Below, piece by piece: positions 36,848 through 49,327 of a stretch of 64,000 nt of DNA (positions are counted from its first letter, which is position 1; the number at the start of each line of letters is the position of its first letter). The position numbers were made by a program, and so were the translations under genes. The notes under the pieces were generated by a model, which was not told the origin of the DNA, searched no databases, and worked only from the letters and a program-made list of their open reading frames with translations. This stretch comes from Chiloscyllium plagiosum (lineage: Eukaryota), in the NCBI RefSeq assembly GCF_004010195.1, contig NC_057724.1, positions 29,236,113-29,300,112 of the forward strand, given 5' to 3'.

Positions 36848-39800
36848 TGGGGGTTTCAAGATGGTGGTGATCTAACAGGTCTGCCTTACTGAGCTCTGCA
36901 CTATAACCCAGGAAAGGTGGTGCTTTAAACCTCCACGTTTTATCTATTCTGGGAAAAATCGGTGATTTTAAGTGATTAGAATCACTATATATCCTTTTTA
37001 GTGAACTGGAAGGATGACTAAAGGCAAAAGGCCGGTGGATCACAACAAACTCCCCTGCAGCAACGGGCGCACCTGTGGCCGCAACGATGACCACTGTGGA
37101 AGCCCTGTTGGACTTACCTGCTCGGCAAAGCCTGGCTTTGGAGTTCATTAAAATCCGAGAAAAGATCGGGTCAGTGATGGAGGAGACCGGAACCAGGCTG
37201 GAACCGATCGCGGCCATGCTACAAAGGCATCCTCAGGAGATGCAACGTCTCGAGCAGCGTGTGGAGGAGGTTGAGCGGTGGACCGTGGCATCAGAGACCG
37301 CAGCTGAATCCTCGGCGGGATGGATCCAGGCTCTGGAAAAGCAGGTACAGGCCTTATTGGAGCAGGTCAATGACCTTGATTTTCAAGGTCGAAGAAATAA
37401 CATTTGTGTTATTGGGCTGTTGGAGTGAGAAGAAGGGAATTGGCCAGCCAGCTTTCTTAGGCAATGGCTGATTTGGTTTCTGGGATTGGAAGCCAAGGGG
37501 GGCTGGGTGCTGATCGATCAGATTCACCGGGTCGTGGTGTGCAGGCCTTGGTTGGACCGGCACCCCCGCCCAGTCCTAGTGCAATTCCAGTCTTATAGAG
37601 ACAAACAAAAAGTGTTGGAAGCTGCCAGAGCGCTGGGGAAGGATCCACAGGCCCTGATTTACAAGGGATCGAAGATTATGTATTTCAGGACTTTTCTGTG
37701 GTCGTGCTCCAGAAGAGAAAGACCTTTGATGAGGTAAAGAAGACGCTGAGGGATCTGGATATCCAGTACTCTGTAAGGTACTCGGCAGTGCTCCGTTTCA
37801 GCTATGGAGGGTCTGTACTTCTGTTTGATTAATGTTGTGAAACTTGAAAGGGTTCAGAAAAGATTTACAACGATGTTGCCAAGGTTGGGGGATTTGAGCT
37901 ATAGGGAGAGGTTGAATTGGCTGGGGCTGTTTTCCCTGGAGCGTCGGAGGCTGAGGGGTGACCTCATAGAGGTTTACAAAATCATGAGGGGCATAGATAG
38001 GATAAATAAAGTCTCTTCCCTGAGGTGGGGGAAGTCCAGAACTAGAGGGCATAGGTTTAGGGTGAGAGGGGTAAGATATAAAGGACACCTAAGAGACAAT
38101 AATTTCAAGTAGTGGGTGGTATGTGTATGGAATGAGCTGCCAGAGGAAATGATGGAGGCTAGTCCAATTGCAACTGGATGGGTATATGAATAGCAAGGGT
38201 TTGGAGGGATATGAGCCGGGTGCTGGTAGGTGGGACTAGATTGGGTTGGGATATCTGGTTGGCTTGGACGAGTTGGACCGAAGTTTCCACGCTGTATATC
38301 TCTATGACTTTGTGACTTTAAAAGGCAAAGGACTTTTTGGACACTTTAAAATAGACTGACTGTATCAAGCAATATGGACAATAATGTTTCTCCTTTGTTG
38401 TTGTTTCTTTCGTTTTGTTTTATCCCTTTACCTTTTTTTCTTTTCTCTTCCCTTTTCACTTTCCTAGGGTCTGGGAAGATTGTGGGAATTTTCGGTTTGT
38501 TTTTTCCAGCAATAAATGGAGGTCGATTTATGGGTGGGATGGGTGAAACGTCGACTTTTAATTCTTGTGCTTATAAGATTTATGTATTTTTTTACTTTTG
38601 TTTTGACTGAGTTTGTGGCACGGATTCAACAGAAGGAGCCATGGAAATGTGTGTGGGTAGTGTGAGTGCCTCCTATGGTCAAGGGAGAAGTCTCCTATTA
38701 TGTGTTTTTTGTATTGGTTTACTTAGTTGTAGTTTTTAAAAGTTTCGTTTTGGTAGTTTTTATAGATATGTTCTTCAGGCTCTATGAGTCTTTAACTGTT
38801 TCCAGTTGGCTCATTGTGAGTAGGGTTCTTTCTCGTGGGGGTTCACGGGCTGTTTTAGATGACTATGGTTAATTTTTTGTTTAAATGGTGCACCTGGAAT
38901 ATCAAGGGGAATCACTCACCGATTAGGGGAAATAAAGTACTTTCAAGTCTTAGGAAGGAGAGGGTAGATGTCGCTCTGTTACAAGAAACCCACCTTGATG
39001 ACAAGGGACATCTAACGTTGCAGCAGGTAGGGTTTGACAGGGTTTTTTTTCATCTTTTAATACCAAAATCAGGGGAGTGGCTATACTTATTCAGTTGTTA
39101 GATCAAATTAAAGATGAATATGTGTGGTTTGTGATTCTCAAAGCTTTAATACATGGAGGAATATGGAATTCTGAATGTTTATTGGTCCCCGGCACACCCC
39201 CTTAAATTTCTGAGGATGCACTCTCTAGATTGATTGCCCATGGTATGTGCTACAGGGGAAGACTTTAATTGCCTCATGGATCCCACAGTGGATAGGATGC
39301 TCAGGGGTTCCCAGTGCACCTTCTCTCAATCTAAACAATTGGTGGACTTATGTGTGGAGTTGGGATTTGTAGATGAATGGAGATGTCTTCACCCGGCGGG
39401 TATGGATTTCACCTTTTTCTCCAATCCACACAAGTGTTACACAAGGATTGATTTGTTTCTTGCTCCATCAGCTTTTTTGGATTCGGTGCTGTCCTGTAAA
39501 ATTGGGAACATAGCCATTTCTGATCATGCAGCAGTGTATTTGGAGATTAAGGCCAGGAGTAATGAGGTAGGTTCACGGCATTGGCACATGGATCCTTTCC
39601 TCCTTAAATATAGTAAATTTATGGAGTGCTTCTTGTGAGATTTTAAAACGTTTTTGGATATCAACTCATGCACAGCCAGCAACCCACCTGTGCTTTAGGA
39701 GACTGCCAAGACCTGCGCAAGGGGTATAATCATCTCTTATTCAGCTAATCAGAAACTACAGAAGAGAGAGCAGCAACATCTGCTCAAAGCCCGTCTGAAA

Positions 39801-42681
39801 GCAACTAAGACCGTGTACTTTGATAGGCCATCCATGATTAAGTTATAGTGAATCACAGTTTCCGGGCTGCTCTGAATTTGCGCTCACTCAAACAGCAAAG
39901 AGAGAGATCTCTTTCGCAAAACAAAGGTTGTTTGTGTATGGAGGTAGGCCAGGTAAATACGTGGCTTATTTGCCTAGGAAGAAGAACACTCCCCAGTCCA
40001 TCACATCTATCAGAGAGGGCACTGAGACTCTTACTTGCGACTCCAAAAAGATGAATATGGCTTTTAGGAAATTTTACACCAAGCTGTATCGGTCAGAGGG
40101 CTGGGAGGACAGGTTGGCAAAGAGGGTGTCCTCCTTTAAGAACCTGGACCTTCCAGGTGTGACTCCGGAGCAGGTGTCCCTTTTGAATGCTCCCTTGACA
40201 GTGCCAGAGAGGCAGTATGTAAGTGGTAAGGCACCCGGCTGTGTTTCATATAGGCCCATTTCGCTAATAAACTTGGATTCTAAAATTTTATCTAAGACAT
40301 TCGCATTCAGTCTAGAGAAGGTGTTGCCATTTATAGTAAAGGAAGACCAGACAGGTTTTATTAAAGGCTGTAGGTCAGCTAATAACATTAGAAGATTATT
40401 GAACATGGTCCAGCAGAAGTCAATTCCGGGCTTGGTGGTCTCCTTTGACACGGAGAAGGTGCTTGACTGTGTGGAATGGCCATATCTTTTTTATGTTTTG
40501 GAGTAGTTTGGTCTCGGTGGGGACTTTACCGGATGGGTGGAAGTGCTATATAGTGATCCTATGGCAGCAGTTCTTACTAATGGCTATAGTTCACGCTGGT
40601 GATTGAGGCTTTGGCGGAGGTTATTCGGAGGGACCCCAACATAGTTGTTCCCAAGGTGGGATCAGGGGCACATGAAATCACACTCTACACAGGTGATGTT
40701 CTCCTTTTCCTATCAAACCCGGCAGTGTCTGTGCTTCATTTAGTACAATGTATCAATTTATTTGGCTCTCGGGATATAAGGTTAATTTTATGAAGTCGGA
40801 GGCCATGCTCGTGAGGGGTCTTGGGGGAATGCCCATTCTTGAAGGTAAAATCCGATTCCCTTTCAGGTGGACACAGGGAGGTGTTCTGTACCTAGGCATT
40901 TTCATTACTCTAGCCATTGACCGGTTATATAAGGCTAACTTTGTGCACTTGCTCGGTAAGGTAAAGCAGGATCTTCAGCATTGGGAGGTTCTTCCAATAT
41001 CTTGGTTAGGCTGAAAAGCTCTTATTAAAATGAATGTTCCTCCTCACTTATTATATCCCACGCGAATGCTCCCTCTGATGATGCCAAGGCAAACATTATG
41101 GAGACGCAACAGTTGCCTCAGTTTTTTAATTTGGTATCACAGGCAGCCTCTCATTAAGCTTACCAAGTTGTAGCTTCCCCAGGGAAGTGTGATGGCGGTT
41201 GTGGTGGCGGGGTTGGGGGTTTGGTGGGGTGGGGAGTTGGGGGTGTGACTTTCCAGATATTAAGAGGTATCAAATAAACTCCCTACTATCCTTTGTGAAT
41301 GATTGGACTTGTGAGGATCCGAGGTCAATATGGCTGGATATTGAGGCCTCCCAGGTGAAGTGCCCCCTCATTAATCTGCTATTCATGGATAAGATGAGGA
41401 CAGACACAGAGTATTGTTGGAACCTAACTGTCATCAATACAGTTAAAGCGCTGAGAGTGATGCGACAAAGCAAGGGCAGTTTATCTAAAACCTTCTTTCT
41501 CAGTCCTACAGTAGGAATGCCAGAATTTCGGACAGCATTGAAGAACTCTGGTTTTTAGTTATGGACATCTAAAGGAGTCTCTTGTGTGGGAGATTTATTT
41601 GAGGGGGAGGTCATGATGTCCTTCGATCGGTTGAGTTGCAAGTATGAATTGCCCAGCAGGGACGTCTTTCGTTACTTTCAGGTCCGGGACTTCATCCTGA
41701 AAAAGACTACATTTCTGCTTGATCTTTATAGATCTGATGTAGAGAGGAAAGTGCTTCAGACTACAGGTACTCTCCCATTTAGCACCCTTTACCATTTACT
41801 TGGAGGTGGCACCTCAAAAGATATTGAGTGGCTGCATGGGGGTTGGGAGTGGAGATTTTGTCAGAGATATGGGAGGACATTTGGGAGAACGTGAGAAAGA
41901 TTGTGATCTGCAACAGAATGTTCATCTGGCATCAGAGCAGCTTGCAAAATTCAAAAAAGGAGTGTCTCCATTGTGTCCCAAATGCAAAGTAGGTATTATC
42001 ACTCTCACCCATTGTTTGTGGTCATGCCACAAGCTTTGCAAGTATTGGAGTGCTATAGTGAGTGTCATGGGGGGCTGTCCTGGGGACTGAGGTCAAGGTA
42101 GATCTGGTGTCTCTTCTCCTGGCCCTGCCAAATTTGCCTTCCTTAGATGAGCATGGGAAAAAGCTGTTTAATATTCATACATATTGTGTGAGGAAAAACA
42201 TTTTGGTGAGTTGAGCCTTGGAAAGCCCTCTGGCCCTACTGGGATGGTGTAGATTAGTTACGGAACACATCCCCCTGGACTTCCTTAAAAGTATGGTGCA
42301 CCAGAAAACAGAATTTTTCTACAAGATGTGGCGGCCCTTTCTGAACCACCTAGAAGCAGATTTATTGGCCATACTAACTAGGGTTTTTGTTCAGTCACGA
42401 GGCCTGGGTCTGATGAGCCAGGTGCCCTGAGAGGAAGAAATATGGGTATGCTAACTGATGCTTCCTGTGATGGAGAGCTTTGGTTGGGTTGTGCTGAGGG
42501 CTGTAATTTAACTTATGTCCAATTATTTATTGAATTGTAGTATGAGTTGCCTTTTTTTGTTATTATTTGTTTTGTAGAGTGGTAGTTAGTTTATTGTAGT
42601 TGTTGTTATACACTCAGATTGTTATACTTCATGTAATTTTATAATTTTGTAAAGAATAAAAATATTTCTCAATAAAAAAAA
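36848..42681 (+). mobile_element. Near full-length degenerate L1-clade LINE (5' UTR, ORF1, ORF2 EN-RT-Cys, polyA)
   Basis: 5' caagatgg start. ORF1 coiled coil + GRRNNICVIGL + PRPVLVQF. ORF2 motifs TWNIKG, ALLQETHL, RIDLFL, ISDHAAV, YRPISLIN.D.KILSK, DQTGF, CPKC..THCLWSC. aataaaaaaaa end. ggttgggag present at both flanks. Confidence 0.92.
37830..38318 (+). mobile_element. CR1 3' fragment inserted into L1 ORF1
   Basis: ORF 37804..38112 (ERVQKRFTTMLP...) and a ctctatgac tail. L1 ORF1 resumes afterwards (KAKDFLDTLK*). Confidence 0.9.
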
Positions 42682-43699
42682 TCACTGAATGGTTGGGAGC
42701 ACAAGCTGGTGAGTACTGCACAGAGATAGCTCTGTGGCTGACTATAGTGTCAGCAATCAGGGACATTGCCAGATGAGCACCAAGCAGGTATGTGGGAGGT
42801 AACAGCATTCAGCAATATGCCTACCCCCTGACTGAAGACTTCTGATCAGCAAGAAAAGCTTGCAATGCAAGGCAAGGCAAGGCTAGATAGGGATGTTGTG
42901 AGAACATAATAAGGTGATAAGTGAGCAAGTGATCAACCCTAAGATGGAACCTGGTCGAATGTGTCAGCTGGGCACTGCAGGCCTGCAGAGTGTCCCTGTT
43001 ACAATCTTTCGATTATCATCAGCAGTTTAACCTGAAGTACACCTCTCAGCTTCCTAAATGTCCGGCAGGTGAATCAGAGAGGTGCCATGAAGATTCTGAG
43101 GGGTTAATTAATGTCAGAGGTAAGATGTGTGCAGCTGGTGCCTATCAATTATGCCCTGAAATGTTGTCACGTGGTGACCAACATGGAGCTCCTTTGCAGC
43201 TAGAGGCAAATTGAAGTCACTAGGTACCTGCTTTGTCTGCCATGTCAAAATCTTTCAACATCCAATTTCTTTGAGGTGGACGGTGGGATAGAAATATTAA
43301 TGAGGTGAGTTTTGTATTTAATAAAGTCATTAACAAGCACTAACCCCACTTAATAAGCAACTCACCGCTGTCTGCCGAGAATCTTGTCTTGAAACTTGAA
43401 ACATCATTAAAAGGTGCAATGATTTGTTGCCAATGGAAAAAGGCCTTACTGGAGTTCTTGTGTGATTCTACCAGATTGCATGTCATAACCCATTTTGTTC
43501 AGGCCTCTATTAGATTCTGCCTAGTTAGTTGCCAGGAAAATGAAGTTGAAGCTCAAGGTCAGCTCTGATCATACTGAATGCAGAGGAGCGTGATGGGCCA
43601 TTTTGGCCATTGTATAGAGTTCTTGTGTTTTTGAGCCAATTCCTAAGTGTGCCCATCAGCAGCATTTTATTATGTTGTGTCAGTATGAATGCAATGCAG

Positions 43700-44805
43700 T
43701 TTAAACAGAGAACAGTACAGCACAGGAACAGGTTCTCTGGCCCACTATAACTGTGTCGACCATGATGCCATTCCAGATTAATCACAACTGCCTACCTCTG
43801 GTCTGTTTTCCTCTATTCTCAACCTTCATGTTTCTGTCTAAATGGCTCTTGAACTTTGTTATTGTATCTGCTTCTACCACCTCCCCGAGCAGCATGTTTC
43901 AGATACCTACTACCCTCTGTAATAAACTTACCTCGCTCATCGCCTTTAAAACTATCCCGCTTTATTTTAAACCTATATTCCTCAATATTTGACATTTCCA
44001 CCTTGGGGAAAAAAAGTTCTGTGCGTCCACCCTATCTATGCCTCTCATACTTTTGTCAGGTCACCCCTCAGCATCTGATACTCTAGCAAAATCAATCCGA
44101 GTTTGTCCAATCTCTATGTTCAATTATAGTTAATGCACTCCAATGTAGGCAACATCTTGTAAACCTCTTCTGAAACCTCTCCAAAGCTTCGACATCCTTC
44201 CTACAGTTTGGCGACCAGAGTTGTACACAGTACTCCAAATGTGGCCTTATCTAATTGCAACATGACTTTCTAGTTTTTATACTCCTTGCCACGACCGATG
44301 AAGGCAAGCATGATGCAAGATAACCCTTTAGGAAGGATGTGATTGCAATGGTGGAATTGCAGTGGGGATTCACCAGGTTATTACCTGGATTAGCACAGTT
44401 TAGCTATGAAGAGAGGCTGGATAAGCTTGGGTTGAGTTTTCTTTAGAGCAGGGAAGGCGGAGGGAGGTTCCAGATTGAGGTGTATAAGCTTAGGAGGGAA
44501 ATGGTGAATAGAAAGCAGCTGCTCCCCGTAGTTGAAGGGTCAATAATGATGGAGTTAATTTCAAATGAAGGGCAGGAGGTTTAGAAGCAATATAAGGAAA
44601 AACATTTCATCCAGAATCTGGAATGCACTGCTTGGGAGGGCAGTACAGGCAGGAAACCTCCCAACCTGTAAAAAGTATGTGGATTTGCACTTGAAATATC
44701 ATAATATTGAAGACAATGGACCAAGTGCAGTAAAGTGGGATTAAGGTGGATAGGTTGGTATAGGATTAATGGGCTGAAGAGCTCTTCTGGGACTCTATGA
44801 CTCTA
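43700..44805. mobile_element. Two CR1 3' fragments: minus (about 43700-44310) and plus (about 44320-44805)
   Basis: RT C-terminal motifs and ctctatgactcta-type tails in opposite orientations. Confidence 0.7.
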
Positions 44806-44955
44806 ACAGCTGATAAATCTGTTGAATTAATAAGGGATGACTTTTAATTCATGATTGTTTGTATATGATCAATTTATTTTCTGGTCAATTCCAGGATTTT
44901 CCTTGGCGTGTAGGCCATCCTGTTCCCATCTTATACTGTTGTCTTTACTCACCAG

Positions 44956-45050
44956 GTCTTTCAGCTGCCAAACTCCTCATAGAGAAGGGCCTCAATGTGG
45001 TGGTTTTGGAGGCTAGAGATCGTGTTGGAGGAAGAACATACACTGTTCAA
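44956..45050 (+). CDS. Monoamine oxidase exon 2: (G)[31 protein letters not shown]
   Basis: Acceptor accag, 95 nt, [11 protein letters not shown] motif, donor CAA|gtaggt. Confidence 0.95.
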
Positions 45051-46367
45051 GTAGGTCATGAAAACAACTCTACCATTTGCACTTTGGGATTGCAGAGGTT
45101 TTGAAAATATAAGTTTGCATTTTGGGTTATCAAAAGGAATCCAAAGAATTCAGGGCCTGTTCTCTGGTATGCTGGTAAAAAGTAAAAGTTGTTCTTTTGG
45201 CACTGTGATTCATGGGAGCATTCACAATAATTGCCACAAAATGAGTACTGCAAATTCTGAACTTTTTTGCAGAAAGTTGATGTGAATTAGAGGCGAGTGA
45301 GTAGTCAAACACCTATGAATACAGCCATTACCTGTTTGACTGATAGTTCAACCTATTTGCCCAGTGTCATACAGACTGTAATTAAGCATTTTCTTGAAAG
45401 CTGTATTTGAAAGTTAAACATCATATTTACTTCTCCTAGTGACGCAATGGGACAGATGATGTGATTAACCACTCTTGAAATGTTGTTGTGCTATGTACAA
45501 CAGAACCTTACATGGAGTGTGCAGAGGTTTCATTGTCACCAATATTTTTGCAATCCTAATTGTATATGTGAAAGCATTGTGAGTAAAGCTTCATAACCAT
45601 ACTGCAGCAAAACTCACCTGTTATAAACATGTCCTTCAGACAGGGATAATTCAGTAAGTTGGGAAAGAAATTCTGGCTGCCCCACTCATCTAAATTGAAG
45701 ACTGTGTTCTCAAAAGGCCAGAGTTGGTGGCCCTAATGTCTTTCCTCTTTTGAAAAAGGAATTATTCATTCAATTGCTTGAAATTCCATCTCCATGGTAT
45801 TAGGGCACCCCAACCATTTTATTCTGAATATGCTAGACTACCATAAGATTTCTGGGCTCCCTTACCTCTCTTTTTTTACAGTCATCTATCTCACTGCTTA
45901 ACAAATTTACAAACATGCCTTTACAACAAATTCTCATTGTTCTCCTTTTCTCCCTTTCTTTAAGGCCTTCTTTTATTTGTCTCCTCAATATAAAGTACTT
46001 TGAAATTTTCTTGCTGGACTGTAACCTGGAGAAGAATGTATTTTATTATTGTTGCACCGCTTGATACAGCTTTCAAACCTGGTCTCTATGTTGTTGAACT
46101 GGAGGGGTTTTCTGCTCCCAATTGCTCTCAATAAATTCTTGCTCGAGCACATAAGTGCAAATATTGTGCAATGACAGAAATTGTCTTGCCTGCGATATCC
46201 ACTCTGTAGTAAAGCTTGTCAACAAATATTGCCAAGATTTGCACTCCATGAAGTGCAATTCCATATAGCAGAAGGACGCCAGAACCCAGACCAACAGGAG
46301 AGTAGACAAGAAATTAAGAAAAAAATGCCACAGAAAATAATGCCATTGATTTAATTATTTCTTATAG

Positions 46368-46505
46368 GGGCCGGAGTTCCAGTATGTTGACTTAGGAGGA
46401 GCATATGTTGGGCCTACGCAAAATCGGATTTTGCGTTTAGCAAAAGAGCTGGGTATAAATACATATAAAGTTAATGAGAAGGAACAACTGATTCACTTTG
46501 TGAAG
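46368..46505 (+). CDS. Monoamine oxidase exon 3: [46 protein letters not shown]
   Basis: Acceptor tttcttatag, 138 nt, donor AAG|gtaaaa. Contains the MAO motif [14 protein letters not shown]. Confidence 0.96.
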
Positions 46506-47177
46506 GTAAAATGTTCTACTTCATATTAGTTGTTTTGAACCTTTCTGCTACTGATAGTATTACATACAAATGTTAAGTGTAGCAAATTAATAACATTAGG
46601 TGTAGTATTAGATGCAGCAAGTTGGCGACATTTACCATCTTTTCACATTGTGTTCCTCCACCAAAAGACAGAGGCAATAATCAAAGATACAGGTGATAGC
46701 ACGTCCAAGTTCCACATCCAAGTTCTGGAGCACTTCCACCAAAAACTCTTGAAATCTATGTGAGAATTTGATGGCAGGATAAAATCATAAAACAATGAAT
46801 TTCTCTCTCTATGTGTCTGTGTGTCCTGTGTGAAGGACTATATTTAACTCCACTAGTGAGTCAGAGAGTCATAGAGAGATTGAGTGAATCAATGAGTAAG
46901 TGAGTGAGAGAGTGACTGTATCTCCCCACTGCAGTAGCACATCGGAGATCAAGCCCTGCTATTCCAGGCATCATCACAAAAGTTAAATATAGTCTCCTGC
47001 ATGAATCACTCCAGACAGGACAAACAATATCAAAGTGGTCATAATAAGAAGATGTGAACAAAAGAGCGCCACAAATGTTTACACTGTAGATCACCCCTCT
47101 TGGGAAAACACAGCAGTTGATTGGCCCACGTGGAGGATGGCACTGAAATTTGACTCAGCATTTTGATTATGATCTAT

Positions 47178-48345
47178 GTCGAGAGTGTGGTGCTGGAAAA
47201 GCACAACAGGTCAAGCAGCATCCGAGGAGCAGGAGAATCGACGCGTTGGCCAAGACCCCTTCATCAGGAATGAGGCTTGTGAGCCGAGGGGGTAGAGAGA
47301 TAATTGGGAGGGGGATGGTGCTGGAGTAATGTAGCTGAAAGTGTGATAGATGGTTGGAGGTAGGGGAAATGGTGATATGTCGGATAGGAGGATGGAGTGG
47401 ATAGGTGGGAAGGAAGCTGGGCAGGTCATGTGGGTGGTGCCGAGTTGGAAGGTTGGAATTGGAATAAGATGGAGGGAGGGGAAATGAGGAAACTGGTGAA
47501 GTCCGTATTAACAACATGTAGTTGTTCTTTCTCCCGGCATTGAATAGTTTGGGTGTGGCTATGGAGGAGGCTCAGAACCTGCATATGCTCGGCAGAGTGG
47601 GAAGGAGGGTTGAAGTGTTCGGCCACAAGACATTGGGGTTGGTTGGTGCGGGTGTCCTGGAAGTAGGCTTCCTGTCTCCCCAGTGTAGAGGAGACCGCAT
47701 CGGGAGAAGCGGATACAGTAAATAACATATGTAGATGTGCAGGTAAAACTCTCATGGATGTGGAAGTGCTTCAGAGAGGACGCCTACTTGGAGAGTGCTT
47801 CAGTGCACATCCATTAGAGTTTTACCTGCACTTTCACATATGTTATTTACTGTATCCATTGCTCCTCTACACTGGGGAGACAGGATTCCTACTTGCAGAG
47901 GGCTTCAGAGAACATCTCCGGAACACCCGCACCAACCAATCTCACTGCCCTGCGGCCGAACACTTCAACTTCTCTCCCACCCCACCAAGGACATGCAGGT
48001 CCTGGGCCTCCTCCATTGCCGAACCCTAACCATCCGATGACTGAAGGAAGAATGCCTCATCTTCCGCCTTGGGACCCTCCAACCACATGTCATCAATGTG
48101 GACTTTACTAGTTTCCTCATTTCCCCTTCCTCCACATTATCCCAGATCCAACCTTCCAACTCAGCACCTCCCTCATGGCCTGTCCATCTTCCTTCCCACC
48201 TATCCGCTCCACCCTCCTCTCCAACCTAGGCTCCTGCCCAAAACGTCAATTCTCCTTCTCCTCGGATGCTGCCTGACCTGCTGTACTTTTCCAACACCAC
48301 ACTCTCAACTCTGATCTCCAGCATCTGCAGTCCTCCCTTTCTCCT
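47178..48345. mobile_element. Inverted pair of Penelope 3' segments forming a ~1.17-kb imperfect palindrome
   Basis: Minus arm at about 47178-47763 and plus arm at about 47806-48345. Both carry GIY-YIG remnants (YTGETG..LAEGFREH; AEHFN) and the terminal repeat. Confidence 0.85.
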
Positions 48346-49235
48346 GATGATGATTGAAGTCAGCACAAACATGTCTAGAAAAAGGACAGAGGTGGCATAA
48401 CTGCAACAAAGCAGCAACAAAGACAGCATGAACTGCAAAATATATCAAATGTTTCAGTCATGAGAGGACCCACAGGAGACACATAGGTTAGACATAAACA
48501 AGCAATGAAGAGTTTGTCAAGAAGATACATTACCTAAAGTCGATTGTAGACTTAAGACGTAGCATATTGTGGACATTGTCATGAAGTCCTTGCAGTATCA
48601 TATAAATGCACCTACAGCTGCTTCAGAAGAATAATTTGTCATGTTGCTCAGGTTTAAGCCTTTCAACGTAATCTTACCCTGAGAGTATTGGTAATAGTCT
48701 GAGTTGTCTTCAGTAATCTAGTAAGAAGTTTTACACTCCTAGAACATAAATGTTGACTGTCTTTAGTACCTTTCACTAAGTTAAATTCTTTGGGGTAAAT
48801 TTCCTTACAGGATCTTTCAATGTTCTACCAGATGAGATGGACAGAAATCCCAGAGAAATAGTATAAATAGCCATTAAATATTGACATCTTAAAATACCTT
48901 TGTCCAATAGAACATGGATCGTGACTAAACCTACTAAATAAATTAAAATGGAAAGCATTAAGAAGCAGTAAAAAAAGGAGCATTCTTCCTGTTTCTGAGA
49001 ACATTCCCCATCCCTCCTTGACATGTTAACTGCTCATTTCAGACTTGTTTTTAAGTGTGTATCTATAAGTTTCTAAAATGTATTAGACAACAAATCTTTA
49101 GGTTTACAAAACGATATTTTATTGCCTAACCACATTTTGATGTTGTGACATTAATTCTGAGTCAAAGTTAACACAATATATAATTCAAGCTAGGATCCCA
49201 GTCCTGATGATTTCATACCCTGCCCTCTTCAGTGC

Positions 49236-49327
49236 TAGAAATGTGTTGCTGGAAAAGCGCAGCAGGTCAGGCAGCATCCAGGGAACAGGAGAATCGACGT
49301 TTCGGGCATAAGCCCTTCTTCAGGAAA
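49236..49327 (-). mobile_element. Penelope-type terminal repeat fragment
   Basis: Same family as 8457-8680, with the best-preserved sequence. Confidence 0.8.
49291..49327 (-). ncRNA. Minimal hammerhead ribozyme motif (Penelope-associated)
   Basis: Reverse strand reads ttc-CUGAAGA-A-GGGC-UUAU-GCCC-GAAA-CGUC-gau. Both core boxes are present, stem II is perfect, palindromic ACGU replaces helix III, and the cleavage triplet is GUC. Confidence 0.65.
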
